A stretch of 64,000 nt of DNA. It comes from Paraspadella gotoi. Lineage: Eukaryota; Animalia; Chaetognatha. The stretch lies in contig CM119263.1 of assembly GCA_051294375.1 (NCBI GenBank), positions 13,192,199 through 13,256,198 on the forward strand. Reading direction: 5' to 3'. Shown piece by piece: positions 1-12,322 of the stretch. The position numbers were made by a program, and so were the translations under genes. Below the pieces are notes generated by a model, which saw nothing but the letters and a program-made list of their open reading frames with translations, did not search any database and was not told the origin of the DNA. The first letter of the stretch is position 1; each line of letters begins with the position of its first letter.

Positions 1-1034
1 GGAAAAAGGGGCGACGGCGTGAAAGGGCTGGGGGAGTCAGTGAGGTGGAGGAAGAAAGATGGAAAGACAAGATCCGAAGAAGGTTGTCGGGTGCGTGGGG
101 TGACGCGAAGGAGGAAAAGGAAAGAGGAAAATCGAAGAAGAGATCTGGCCGACTGAGAAGATGCATGTGGGCAAGAAATCGAGAGGTTGATCAGAGGAGT
201 GGGGAACTTGTCGGACGAAACATTCGGGAATCGGAGGCTGTTTGACTTTCCAAACGGAGGTGGGAGGCGGTAACGCTTAAACATACCCCCCTGATCCATC
301 TAAACCTCAACCCATCCCGTAACCAACGAAGCGTTGGCGACCTTCAAAACGCCTCCGCCGACCCGCGCCCGCCTCCGGCCCGCTTCGGCCGGCCGCTGCC
401 GGCTGCGACCGGCTGCTGCCGGATGCCGTCGTCGCTGCGGGAATTGCGTCAAGTTGCGGAAGAAAAAAAAAAGGAGCGAAGTGATGGACAGCGGGAAAGA
501 CGATCGGGAAAGGGACAGAAAAATAGAAAGGGCCAGAAGGAGAGCGAAATGGAAGGGAAGAGAAGAAGCAGATTGAAGGAAACGAGGATAGAAAAGGAAC
601 CAATTGAATTGGGTCACTTACGTTTAAAGGCCTCAGTCGCGGTGTTTGACGATATGTGGGTAAATTTTATATATCAAGTATAGAAATGCGACAGAAACGA
701 GCAAATTATCCGGTTTAGCATTACTGAGAACCTACGTGTGGTTTTTGAAAGTGCAACCAGCAAAAGTTTAACTAAAAATTTAATCTTCGGCTATTTAGTT
801 TCTCGCCTAAATGCAAGTACTCTTGCCTGGAAATTTCACGCATTAACCTCACTTCCAATTTCGTCACCATAAATATAATTTGTCTCCCTTTTTTCTTTCC
901 GTTAATTTTTCTACGTACTATGCTTTGTCTCTTCTTAGTTTTAGTATTATTCTTTTGTATTTTTCATTTTCATCGCCTTTGTTCTAATCCTTTCTTCTTT
1001 TCGCTTCCCTTGTTCCTCTCCTTCCCTTTCCCCC

Positions 1035-1250
1035 TAGTACGGTAAATTCTTTCGATCTTTATTGCAAACTCAATCTAATAGATTCACCCGTGGACGACTT
1101 TAACTTTGTCTATTCCATTCACCTCTCTCNNNNNNNNNNNNNNNNNNNNNNNNNTTAGTACGGTAAATTCTTTCGATCTTTATGTAAACTCAAGTCTCAA
1201 TGATTCACCCGTGGACGATTTACTTTGATTCCATTCACCTCTTCTCTCGT
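1035..1250 (+). other. ~95-bp sequence duplicated on both sides of a 25-N gap (overfilled gap)
   Basis: TAGTACGGTAAATTCTTTCGATCTTT...GATTCACCCGTGGACGA...ATTCCATTCACCTC occurs at ~1035-1129 and again at ~1156-1250 with indel differences. The N run at 1130-1154 is 25 nt. Confidence 0.9.
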
Positions 1251-1283
1251 TCGTCATTTTCTCGCCTCCCTCGTGCTCTCTCA

Positions 1284-1284
<1 letters not shown>

Positions 1285-1358
<74 letters not shown>
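1285..1358. repeat. (CT)n microsatellite, representative of many GA/CT tracts in the window
   Basis: Read directly. Similar tracts at ~2797-2866, 6790-6868, 8181-8222, 9245-9320, 15182-15260, 18270-18520, 31517-31649, 34479-34593, 47240-47332 and 53030-53170. Confidence 0.97.
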
Positions 1359-1364
<6 letters not shown>

Positions 1365-1704
1365 TTTCTGTTTTTTTATCTCGTCTCGCTTTGGCCCCTA
1401 TCCCACACGAAGTTAAAAAAAAAAAGGAAATCACGGAGAGGAAACCAAGGATAAAATGAACAGAGAAGATATAATAAAGAAAGAGAGGAGAAAGCAAGAA
1501 GAATCGGTCTCTTCAGCTTGCGTTGACGCTGATCGTTAATGAAGGCCAAAAAACAGAGCAAGAGTTCAGCCTCGTCCGATGCAATGACCACGACCGCAGC
1601 GAATTGGCGACGGACTGGGGATTAGGTGGTTGGGGTTTGGGGATGGGGAAAGGGAGAGAGGGGAGAGAGGCAAAAAAAATTCATCGTCCCGTAATTAATA
1701 TTCT

Positions 1705-2017
1705 TCAGGACCCCCGCTGAATACTTGGTCTCTTGCCCATGTCGAACTCATGGTGGATCCCACGGTCAGCGACGTCCTCGGTCCTCAAGGTCCGTCTGCC
1801 GTCCTTCACTCTAATCGTCCTCTCGTCCAATAATCAACCCAAAGTCCAGAGTCCAGAGTCCAGAGTCCAGAGTCCAGAGTCCAGAGTCCAGAGTCCAGAG
1901 TCCAGAGTCCAGAGTCCAGAATAGAGAAGAAACTCTTACCTCAACTTACTTGTCACCGTTTGCCTTTTTTCTCATCTCAAACAACTTCAACACTACGTAC
2001 ATCCACTTGGAAATCAT
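1705..2017 (-). CDS. Weak candidate two-exon ORF (exons 2017-1950 and 1810-1705), 57 aa, function unknown
   Basis: ATG, consensus donor AA|GTAAGT and acceptor TAG| join in phase 2 to give MISKWMYVVLKLFEMRKKANGDKVKDGRRTLRTEDVADRGIHHEFDMGKRPSIQRGS*. The intron holds the 7-mer array. No homology recognised and the polypyrimidine tract is poor. Confidence 0.15.
1843..1920. repeat. (AGTCCAG)n 7-bp tandem repeat, ~11 copies
   Basis: Perfect tandem array read directly. Confidence 0.95.
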
Positions 2018-2791
2018 TCATGCTGATTTTTGTGATTCGGTCATGTTATTCTACACCAGGCTTTAAATGCCTAATTTTCTTTTCAATAAACCGAGTGAGT
2101 TCATTCACCATTCCGTTATCTTCACGAACAATTGGTCAGAGGAATGTCACCTCCTCTTTCCCGGGTTCGAACCCCATAGTCCCCGTTGGCCACTCGTCCG
2201 CTTTTTTTTTTTTTTTTTGGCGTCGCGCTTCACCGGAAGTCGTTTTTCTTGGCCCGGCGCGCTTCCCACGCGCGAGTCGCACGCGGGCACTCGCGATAGA
2301 CGCGGATGCAGATGTCCGCCGCCTCGGCCGCGTTCTTCGTTGCCAAGCGACGACCATTAAAAAGAATAAATGATTACCGACGCGAGAGGCGAATAGAGGG
2401 GGAAAAAAAGGAAGCGCCGTGGAGTTTTGTTCAATGTTGCTTATATTTTTTTGTTTGTATATTCAGCTCTTGTTTCGGCTCGGTGGTTAGCCTTCTTCAC
2501 TCTTCAGTGCGAATTAGGTTTGTGTCTCCTTTATTGCTAACGTACGCAACGAAAAGAAAAGTCCCAATTCCGAAATGTATTCAATAACAAACAATGTAAT
2601 TGACGATTGAAACCAAAAGAAAGAAGCGAAAAATTTCCTCTGATTTTTTTTTCTCTTTTCTTCCCCTCCAATAACGAGAATGAAAGGTTCAATATTAACG
2701 GCATAATACATACGAAACTAGCCGTTTATCGAAAAGACTTTCCTCCAGTCGAAATTTTAAATTTAAATTTTATTCCTTTCTTTTCCTCGAT

Positions 2792-2866
<75 letters not shown>

Positions 2867-5646
2867 GGATTTTTTTTATTGTGATGGAACCAAACTTCTG
2901 TTCCTTTTTGTGGATCCGGGAAAAAGAAAAGAGAAATTTCCTCGGAAAAGAAATATATTTGGTTTCGCGTCGGGCGGGCCTCGTAAAAGTTGTTTACATG
3001 CGCGAGAGGGGCCGGTACCGCTTAGCACCAGGGGCCGGCGACGGAGTTTTAAAGGGGGAAAGTCCTCCCACCTTGTTTATGTTTGCCTTTATGTCATTTT
3101 CTGTCCTCTTTTTATGACTTTCTTTCGTTTTTCCTTTCTAGGTAAAAAAGACGAAAAAAAGGAAAAAAAGGATCTCAAGGAAGAAAAAATATTCTCAGGA
3201 CTCGAGTTTAAAATATTTTGTTTTGGTTTAACAAAATGAAACAATAATTGGAAATCAATAATACTGTAGTGGGCATTGGCCAGCCAGGTTCACCACGCCT
3301 ATAGACTTTGTACCTATAGTACTGGATCATGCCCACGAGTATCGAGTTTAACTCAAATCTGGTACCTTCCCTTAATCAAGTGGTTCTATGGGGCATACCG
3401 AAGACACTACCTATGTTTAAAGAGGGAACTGGGAGTCTTCTTCATCCTACTTGTTCTCTTCCATGCTTTTACGAATCTACGGTATTTTTTAGATTTCAGC
3501 GTTGATTTTATGACAGGAAATTTAACTTTTCTCATTTCTATTCGTCTTTATGTCATTTTCCTTTGAACGACGCTCACAATCTTCGGCGAATTCGTTCGAT
3601 GGCTGGAAACTTGACCTCTGACCCGACCGCGCCTTACCCTCTCCTCCGCTGCCGTTCGTTCCAATCAAATATTGAAGACGACGAATCTCCTTTTAAATAT
3701 TCCCGCGATTTTTTCGCTTTCTTCTCTTCTTTTTCAAATGTCGTAGCTTCGCTCCATCGAGACTCATTTTCACAGCTGAGTCCTCCCGCTTTTTCGCTCC
3801 TATACGATGCTCCACGATGATGCGCTCTCCGCTCCTTAAATCTTCTTTCCGCTTCGGGTCGCTTCTCTCCGAACCTGACCGCTTCTCAACACCTCACCTT
3901 TTGAGCAACGCATCAATTTTTCTTTGCTGCTATTTAATCGTCGTATTTTTGTGATGGGCCTTTTCAATTCTGATCTCTCTTTCTCTTACTACTATGTTTT
4001 ATTTTATCAAGTCCTTTTCTTTTTTCTCACCTCTCCTTGTTTTTTCCACTTTCCCTTCTTCCTTCCCTTTTCCCTTCCTCTTTTCTCCCTTACCCCTTTC
4101 CCTCTTTCCGTCTTCCCCCCAACCGAAAACGGGTTTTGTTCCTCCCGGTTGGCAGCCAGAACCGAGGTGGTGGCATTTTGGTAATTTGTCATGAAATTAT
4201 CCTTTGATGGCTGACGTTTTTGTCTTTACCCCCGAGAATGGCGGCGGATGAAGAGAAAGAGGGAGAGGGGAGAGGGGAAAGGGGAGAGGGGAGAGTAGGG
4301 GGAGATAAAAAGGAAAGGGGATAGAGGAAAAAGTGAATGGGAAAAGAGGCTCTTGGAAAGAAGAGAGTGTTGATTCGAGAATGAGAGAGCAGATGCGCGA
4401 AACGAATAGCGTAAAGGTCGCAAGAAAGAAGGAAAGAAAAAAGGAGAAAATAAAATAATGCATTATAAATAGGGAAAAGGAGTACAAGTAGAGAAATAGA
4501 GTTTGTTGTTATGTAATGAAGCGATTGAGGTGGAGTTTGGAGAGAAAAATTTTAAAGAGAAAGCGAAGGCTATGAAGCGAGAAAAACAAAGAGATAGAGA
4601 GAGAGACAGAGTAAGAGAGAGAGTGAGAGAGAGAAGAGAACCATCTTGATTGATTCCCTCTGCGGAGTTGCGGTTCAACTTTTTTTCTAAGGAAAAAAAA
4701 AAGACAGAGAGAGAGACGTTCCTCTGATTGTCTTCAAAGCTAAATTCCCGAACTTTTTTTTTGAATCACTGCCGAAAATTCTTCCTCCTTTTCCCTCCTT
4801 TTCTTCTGCTCTCTCCACCTTTTTCTTCCACATTCTCCTTGTTTCCCACTCCCACTCCCCATCTCTATCTCTCTTTCTCTCTCTCTCTCTCTCTCTCGCC
4901 ATTCTTCTTTTCATGCTCCAAGAAACTTACTTTTTATTTTCTTTGTTTTCTTCTCTCTTTAGAATTTCTTTCCTCTCTCCCCACGACTTTTCTCACCTTC
5001 TTTCCTATTTTCTCTTCTGATTCTCGTATCCTTTCTCTTCACCCTCTTCCCACTTCTGCACCGATTTAACTCTCTGTTTTCTTCAATCTATTTTCTGCCT
5101 CGCTCTTCTCTTTCCTCTCTCTCTCTGCTCTCATCTCCTCTCATATCTCTCCTCTCTCTCTCTCTCGCCCTTTATCTCTCCTTGTCTCTTTGTCTCTCTC
5201 CCCGAGCTTCGTTTTCGTGTGACAAAAATAAATCGAGGCTTAATTAGGCCCCATCCTTCTTTCTTTTTCCTTTTTTCTTCTTTCTCTCGCTTTTCACTCT
5301 TTCTTGGTTTTTTTTTTCTTTTAGGTTTTTACTTTTTCTTCGGAAATTCCAAATTCTTCATCGATCCGAAATTTTATGCTTTAGTTTCAAGTTTGTCTCT
5401 TTTGTTAAATCAATCTTTGATTTTCCTTAATTTTCTCTTCGAAATACTGTGAGGGCATCGCGAATTTTCTCAAATCTATTATTTTTTTTTAAACTCTCGG
5501 ATTAAATCGGAAAGAAGAAAAGCAAATTTCNNNNNNNNNNNNNNNNNNNNNNNNNNNNNNNNNNNNNNNNNNNNNNNNNNNNNNNNNNNNNNNNNNNNNN
5601 NNNNNNNNNNNNNNNNNNNNNNNNNNNNNNNNNNNNNNNNNNNNNN

Positions 5647-5685
<39 letters not shown>

Positions 5686-6050
5686 TGCAAATTATTTCGC
5701 CACCGGATCTCCTCGAGACGACGATGGCGCAAAAAAACAAACGAAAATTAAACTCCCTCTTTAAAATTCATTTTAATTAGCTTTAGTCTTCCTCCAGCCT
5801 CACGTCTTCCCGCGTGACGTTCGCGTGAAACGCGAGAAAGCGGAGAGATGGGCGAAGAAAAGAGGGGCGAGGGGAATGGGGGAAAAGAAGGGCGAATGGA
5901 AGGGGAGAAAGGACGATAGGATAGATGCGATGGGGTGGTGGCGATACAAAATCTCTGGCTATCTTTTCAGAAAGGCGAACGCCAAAAAAGTGGGGTCCTC
6001 AAAAAACAGAGAAAGATTGGTGAGAAAATCTAGCTCTTCAGGTGGAAGGT

Positions 6051-6119
6051 GTCCGCTTCGGAGAGTCCGCTTCGGAGAGTCCGCTTCGGAGAGTCCGCTT
6101 CGGAGAGTCCGCTTCGGAG
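6051..6119. repeat. 14-bp tandem repeat (GTCCGCTTCGGAGA) x5
   Basis: Units start at 6051, 6065, 6079, 6093 and 6107, with no spacers. Confidence 0.95.
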
Positions 6120-6798
6120 TTTGTACGACGGACGGATTTGAGGTCAAATGAGCGCCTCAATTTAACGGGATGGGTCAGTGCTTCTCGGGCTACGCCGCTC
6201 ACAATGCGTTTTCGGTTAGAGATTATTTTTTTCTGGCTTAACTTTCTAGCTCATAAAAGAATATCATTTTTTATTAAACTTCTTTATCACTATTACTACA
6301 ACTAGATTTTACAATTTTTTACATTTTTCTTTAGCATTCTTTTTTTACAATGTCAATCAAGCCATTTTTTCCCTTTTTCTCTCTCTATCTTTTACCCTAC
6401 CTCGCACTTTGAAACACATCGAACTTATGTTTCACTTTCCTCGACATGAGATTCATCTTCGTCTTCCTCCCGCCTACGATCGTATCTCCGCCAATCACAA
6501 CGCTTCGTCGTTGCCCATCTTCGCCCCTCCTTTACGTTTCCCCGACTTCGATGCATCATCAGACCCCTACCCCTGGTCGCGTATCCCGCCGGCGGCTTCC
6601 CGGCGCATTTTCTCCCCGCCTCCCGGCCGCGACAGACCGCCCTCCAGCGCGCCTTCAAGAATCTAGAAGGTCACACCACGTGACCCGAGCAGTCACGACT
6701 GTAATGTGGTCGCCATCGACTGTAATTTTGGGGCCACGGGGACTTTTTATATATTTTTTTAGGCAACCACTTATTGTGCGTGTGAATCGAGAGAGAGA

Positions 6799-6868
<70 letters not shown>

Positions 6869-7065
6869 TCTGACTATGATAGAGGGATGTGACGCCCTTT
6901 GATCTTCATCGGGACAGTCATATGATGGGGTCGTGAGCTTCGTCTCGGCTCATCTCCCCGAACCCCCCCCCCAGTTCCCGCCCCCTCACGATCTTCACTC
7001 CCCTTTCCCTCTTAGACTCGCTTCCGCCCTTCCAGTCTTGGTTGCCTTGGAGTAAGTGGCGTAGT

Positions 7066-7704
7066 AAAATTTTAAAAGTTTAAACTTGAATTAAATTCTA
7101 AGTGAGGAACGAACAACATTATAGTTATAGAATAGACATTTATGTAATAAAAGAATTTATGAATAAATTTTACAATTTACGCAGTAGGTGGCCATATTTA
7201 TATGGTCAGACATAGTACTAAATCAAAAATTGTTATAAATTTCAAATACAGTTTTTTCTAAGATTTTTTTTTGGCCAGATTTGGGATTCGTCATAAAAAG
7301 TTGATAGGAAAAGAAATATAAGCTCTTTTTTTGAAAAAATTGTCCTTTCATTAAGTGGGGTGCAAAAATGTAGAAAAAGCCTAATATTTTTAAACTGAAA
7401 AGTCAAACTTTTTATATATTAAATATAGGTTTCTTTTCCTTAATTTTCTAACCCAGCTTAATTGAAAGAATTTTAAAAAATGATTTAATATTTTCTTTTA
7501 TCAACTTTGACAGAGAAATTCAAATGCTGGCAAGCAAATTAAGGATAGAGCTTATTTTGAAGAATTTTCCGATTTATAAGGATATGTACTATATAGTAAA
7601 GTATAGCCTACTGGCGAAATTAAAAAACATAAAAATTAATTTTTTTTACAAATTAATGTTCACGTGATGGTAATGTTGTTCATTAAATTGACTTTTAGAA
7701 TTTT
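7066..7704. mobile_element. Degenerate palindromic (fold-back/MITE-like) element, ~640 bp
   Basis: Collinear inverted matches around centre ~7397: AAAATTTTAAAAGT 7066 / ACTTTTAGAATTTT 7704; GAACAACATTA 7111 / TAATGTTGTTC 7681; CAGTAGG 7182 / CCTACTG 7613; AAAGTTGATA 7297 / TATCAACTTT 7508. It is an AT-rich, CpG-poor island with no ORF. Confidence 0.7.
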
Positions 7705-7779
7705 CGTATGTTAACTTTCACTAGGCCTTACTATGGAGACTCGAGGGAAGAAAGAGGCGACGACAAGCGAACGACATGA

Positions 7780-7865
7780 ATGACAACGACGACCACGATG
7801 ACTACGACGACCATGATGACAACGACGACCATGATGACAACGACGACCATGATGACAACAACGAC
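7780..7865. repeat. 18-bp tandem repeat (ACGACGACCATGATGACA), ~4-5 copies
   Basis: Read directly; the first copies are slightly degenerate. Confidence 0.9.
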
Positions 7866-8175
7866 TTTGGCTATTGGCTATGTGAGGCCACATAAAATGA
7901 CGCCAAAGACGACGAAGATTTTATCAACTTAAATTGTAGAATCAAATGATACATACATTCTAAATATTCAATGTTTATAACGATTCGCGCTGGAATCCAA
8001 TTCTTTTTTACCATGATGTCAGAAACAGTGACAGAAAGAACCAAGAGGTCGATGACACTGAAGGGAACGACGACGACGACGACGATGACCATAACGACGA
8101 TGAGGATGATGAGTCCATTGAGAGACGATTTTCTTTTTCGGGCAAATGAAAGAGAAATAGTTGGAGAGTTGGAGA

Positions 8176-8227
<52 letters not shown>

Positions 8228-8459
8228 ACGAAGGAAGAGTGAGTTAATCTTTTCGGCGAGGAAGGAATTTCTATCCAGCGGGGAATGCAAATGAAGACCT
8301 ACTTTAGATCATTTTCTGTAATTTTTTGTTATTTTCCGTTTTGGAGCGAAAAAACGAAACATATTGATAAATAAATATCTACGGAAACAGCAACTAAATT
8401 TTAAAACTAAATTAACCACGTAATAGAATAGCAAAATATAAAAGTATGGAAGAAAAGAT

Positions 8460-8542
<83 letters not shown>

Positions 8543-8543
8543 A
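8460..8543. repeat. (GAAA)n tetranucleotide microsatellite
   Basis: Read directly. Complementary (CTTT)n arrays at ~19368-19590, 32590-32700 and 40532-40642. Confidence 0.95.
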
Positions 8544-9245
8544 GGAAATAGAAAAAAGAATCAAAAGAAAGAAAGAGACCAAGAAAAAAAAGGAAAGAAA
8601 GAGCGTGAAACCGTTTAGAGCCACAACTGGCGACAATTTTTGACGCTTCTGCCAAATTTGCTTCTTTATTGTCCTTAAGGGAAGAAGGAAGAAGGAAGTT
8701 TGGGAGGAAAGAAAAACCAAGAGGCGGAAGAAGAAAAGGATTTTGAAAAAAAAGGAAAGAAAAGAAAAGGAAAAGAAAGAGAGAATGGGGAAAATGGGGC
8801 TAAGAAGATTATTAAGGAGACAAAATGGATTTAAGCGGCGAAGCCTTGGATACTATAAAAATTAAACAGATTTTCATAAAATAAAAGCCTTGACAAAATT
8901 TTTACATCCTAACTTATGCCGATTATCATCTTACCTTTCAAGGATGGACTTTTTCCAATTAAGGCTGTCGAGTTACGAACGAGCAAACCCGAAATCAAGT
9001 AAAAATCTTGGTCTCTCTTTATAATAACAAGACGTTTTATATTTAGACTGAATGACAGTGGAGGTGTCAACGACGAAAACCGCGACCAGATGCCTCGGGG
9101 CCCAAAAAAAGGGGCGCGCCCATTTTTATCTCTCTATCTCTCCAAGTGGGTGTGGCCTTTCTCCTTCTTTAGACCCAAAACGAAAAGCAGAGGGAGGAAG
9201 AGAGAGAGAGNNNNNNNNNNNNNNNNNNNNNNNNNCCCTATTTTC

Positions 9246-9313
<68 letters not shown>

Positions 9314-9664
9314 CTCTCTTCCTCCGCTCTGCTTTTCGTTTGCAATACTCTCTCCTGGGTTTAAGAAAGAACCCGAGAAGAGGGAGAGTGAGAAAGAGGC
9401 GCGTCGGGTATGAATATGAAAAGAAGGGGCTACAGATTAAAATCACATTAGTCACGAAGACGACGACGATGACGACGACGACGACTTCAAAGACGACGTC
9501 AACGACGACGTGGAGGGTTAAAAAATAGCGGTGGCTAGTCTCATCAGGGGCCTTCAACCTTCCTCTTGTTCTCCTTCTTCGTGGTTTTTCTCTCCGACCC
9601 CTTCCCTACATTTCCTTCACCTTTCTTTACACTCCGAATTCGTATTATCTCTCTGTCTCTGTCC

Positions 9665-9706
<42 letters not shown>

Positions 9707-12281
9707 TTTTCTCTCTCTCCCTCCCACTCCCTCCCTCTCCCCAACCCCACCGATTGGTCGCCCGAGCGCAGGAAATCCAAAGTCATTAGGGGCTTTGGTG
9801 GTCATTAGCTCCCTCACGGCGGAACTCGCCCTGCCCCTTACCCGCCCCTGTCTTCTCCTCCCACTCAGACCAAACCCAACACTCGCCTTTTCGACCCCTA
9901 CCTGCCCCGAGGCGGACCCTTCCATCCTTCCCTGACCCTTCCCTCTCGATTTCGCTCTCTCTGTCGGCCGAGAGAATCTCTCTGCTTTGGCTCGGGCGAT
10001 GACCCTTCGCCTCACCCTTCGGTTTAGCTTCGCTTCGCCCTCACCTCTTCCCTCACCTTTCAAGTTCACCTCACCCTTTCCTCTTTTTTTCTTCTCTCAA
10101 GGAGTCCTTATCTCCGAAGCCTCGGCGTTTTGGCCCTCGCCTCATTCTCCGCCAGATATCCTGGATATCTCGTCGATTATGTGAGAGCGGGTTGGGTGGG
10201 AAAAGGAAGAAGAGCCGGAGGACGAGGGCAGAGGGATGTAATCGGAATAGGGCAGAGGGTAGGTGGCAGGGATGTAATCGGAAAGAAAAGGGTGAGAAGG
10301 AAAAAAGATTGGGTCAATCGTTTGACTAAAGAAAAGTGGAGATGAAAAAAGCGGGTAAGTATTTAGAAAGGTTCGAATAATAAGAGAGGATTAAATTTCA
10401 ATAATAAAATTCTCGACTGAGGTCCATTTAAAAATGAATCGGTGCCGCTTTCTTTATTTTTCATTGAGGAGGTTTGTCGTGGCAAAAAAAAAAGGCAAAT
10501 AAATATGGACAAAAAACTGGACATTGAGCTGAGTGAGCACGACTTGATAAAAACTATTGAGAATGTTACCCGAAAACGGAATTTTTAGCACTGACCGTCA
10601 ACAATAGTCAAGAACAACTGCTTTCGACCAAATTAATTTGCTCCAGTCGAAAAGAAGCGCCTGTACGTCTGGTTTGTGGTTTTCTTAATTCTCTTGGATT
10701 TTTCGACATTCGACATGTTCGACTGTTTCAGTTCCGTCAGATTCGTAAAATCCCGTCTCCACTTTACGTCTGAAGTTGAAAAAAACAAAAAAAAAAAAAC
10801 CAAAAACAACAACAACTAAAAAGCCAAAAAAAAAAAAAAAGATCCTATGAAAGTCTCGTCAATCCTGCGATTTTTCGACGGTTGATTCCGGCGTCGCTAC
10901 GTTCGACGAACGCTGAGAGGATTTCGAAGGATGAAAGAAAAAGAATAAAGGGGAAAAAGAAGAAAAAAAGGAAAGAATTAAGGAAAGAAAGAAAAAAAAA
11001 TGGAGAGAAAATCCTCCCAAAAATGAGACTTTGGGGCTAAAGAGTTTTTGCCTCGAGGTTTCGGCTGCTAAAAACTTTTCTCAATATGTTTTTTTTTCGA
11101 TTTTTAAAAATTTTCTTGCATATATTATTATTAATGCGGAGAGTTTTGAGATTCGGAGAAGAAGATAAAAAAGGCGCTTGGCTTTTTACTTTCTTTGCTA
11201 GTAATCTTTATCTGCCGTTTTTAACTAACGCAGATATGACTGCCCTTACTTTTTTTTAAGCTAAGCAACGTCCGTGTATGGAATCGTAGGTTTTTCCAAC
11301 GATCTCTCCATCTCGGACATCATCTTTTCCATCCGCTTTCCCTTCCTCTTCCTGCCTCCTCCTTCGAATCACCTGCGTCGTGTGAACTTCGGGCCGGGCG
11401 TCTCACTCTCAGTGACACCAACGCAGTTCCTCTCACATCCTGACATTTTCTTTCTTTTTTTTTCAGTCCCCCCTCTCTNNNNNNNNNNTCTTTTTGGAAT
11501 CCCGGCTTTCATAACCCTTTTTTTCATTTTCAGGATAATCTGGTCAGGTCCTTAGCGTGGTCGACGTGGACCGTCGTTGTTCTCTTTCTATTTAACTTGA
11601 AAGTAGCTCTGGCAAAATTAAGCTGCTTCCTTTTATTTTTTTATTTATCCGTATTAATTTTTCTGTCAATTTTTTCTATAGAAGCTAATAATTACAGATA
11701 AACGAACTCGAAAATTTAAAAAAATGATAAATGTAAATAAACTACTATAAAAAACAAGATTTAGTAATATTTTTGTCCGACGGTTCGCGTTATGAAAATT
11801 TTAGTCTTGGAAAAAAAGCTTCAAAACATTTAAAAAGGCTAAATACCCAGTTGACTTATAAACCGAATTATTATTATTATTATTATTATTAACAAAACAT
11901 TCAACAGCTTGCTCTCTTCGAATAGCAAAGGAATATCAATAAGAAATTTTAATCTTCAGTGACTCTTGATTGCGACAGACCAAACATTAGTAAGATTGTA
12001 TTTTTTTGATCTTCCATTATTGAATAAATATTTTTCATTATTTTTTGGGTTCTCCATGTTTAAAGAAAATTATGATATTACTACGATTTAAAACTTGATT
12101 TCCGCTCCATCTCCACCTGCTTCGCTCCAGTTCTGCTGCTCCACCGACGGGAGTCACGTGACGACTCGGGATTTCATATCCATTATTTCCTTTACAACGA
12201 GATTCGACTATCATTCCGCTCGCGGCGCGAGTCCTACTCTAACTCTCGGCCGGGCGGAAACGCTCGCGAAATTCCCAATCG

Positions 12282-12322
<41 letters not shown>

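Noticed and set aside
6051-6119. Hairpin-forming repeats suggestive of CRISPR (also the 17-mer and 20-mer arrays)
   Set aside because: The units are head-to-tail with no unique spacers, there are no cas genes, and the context is eukaryotic.
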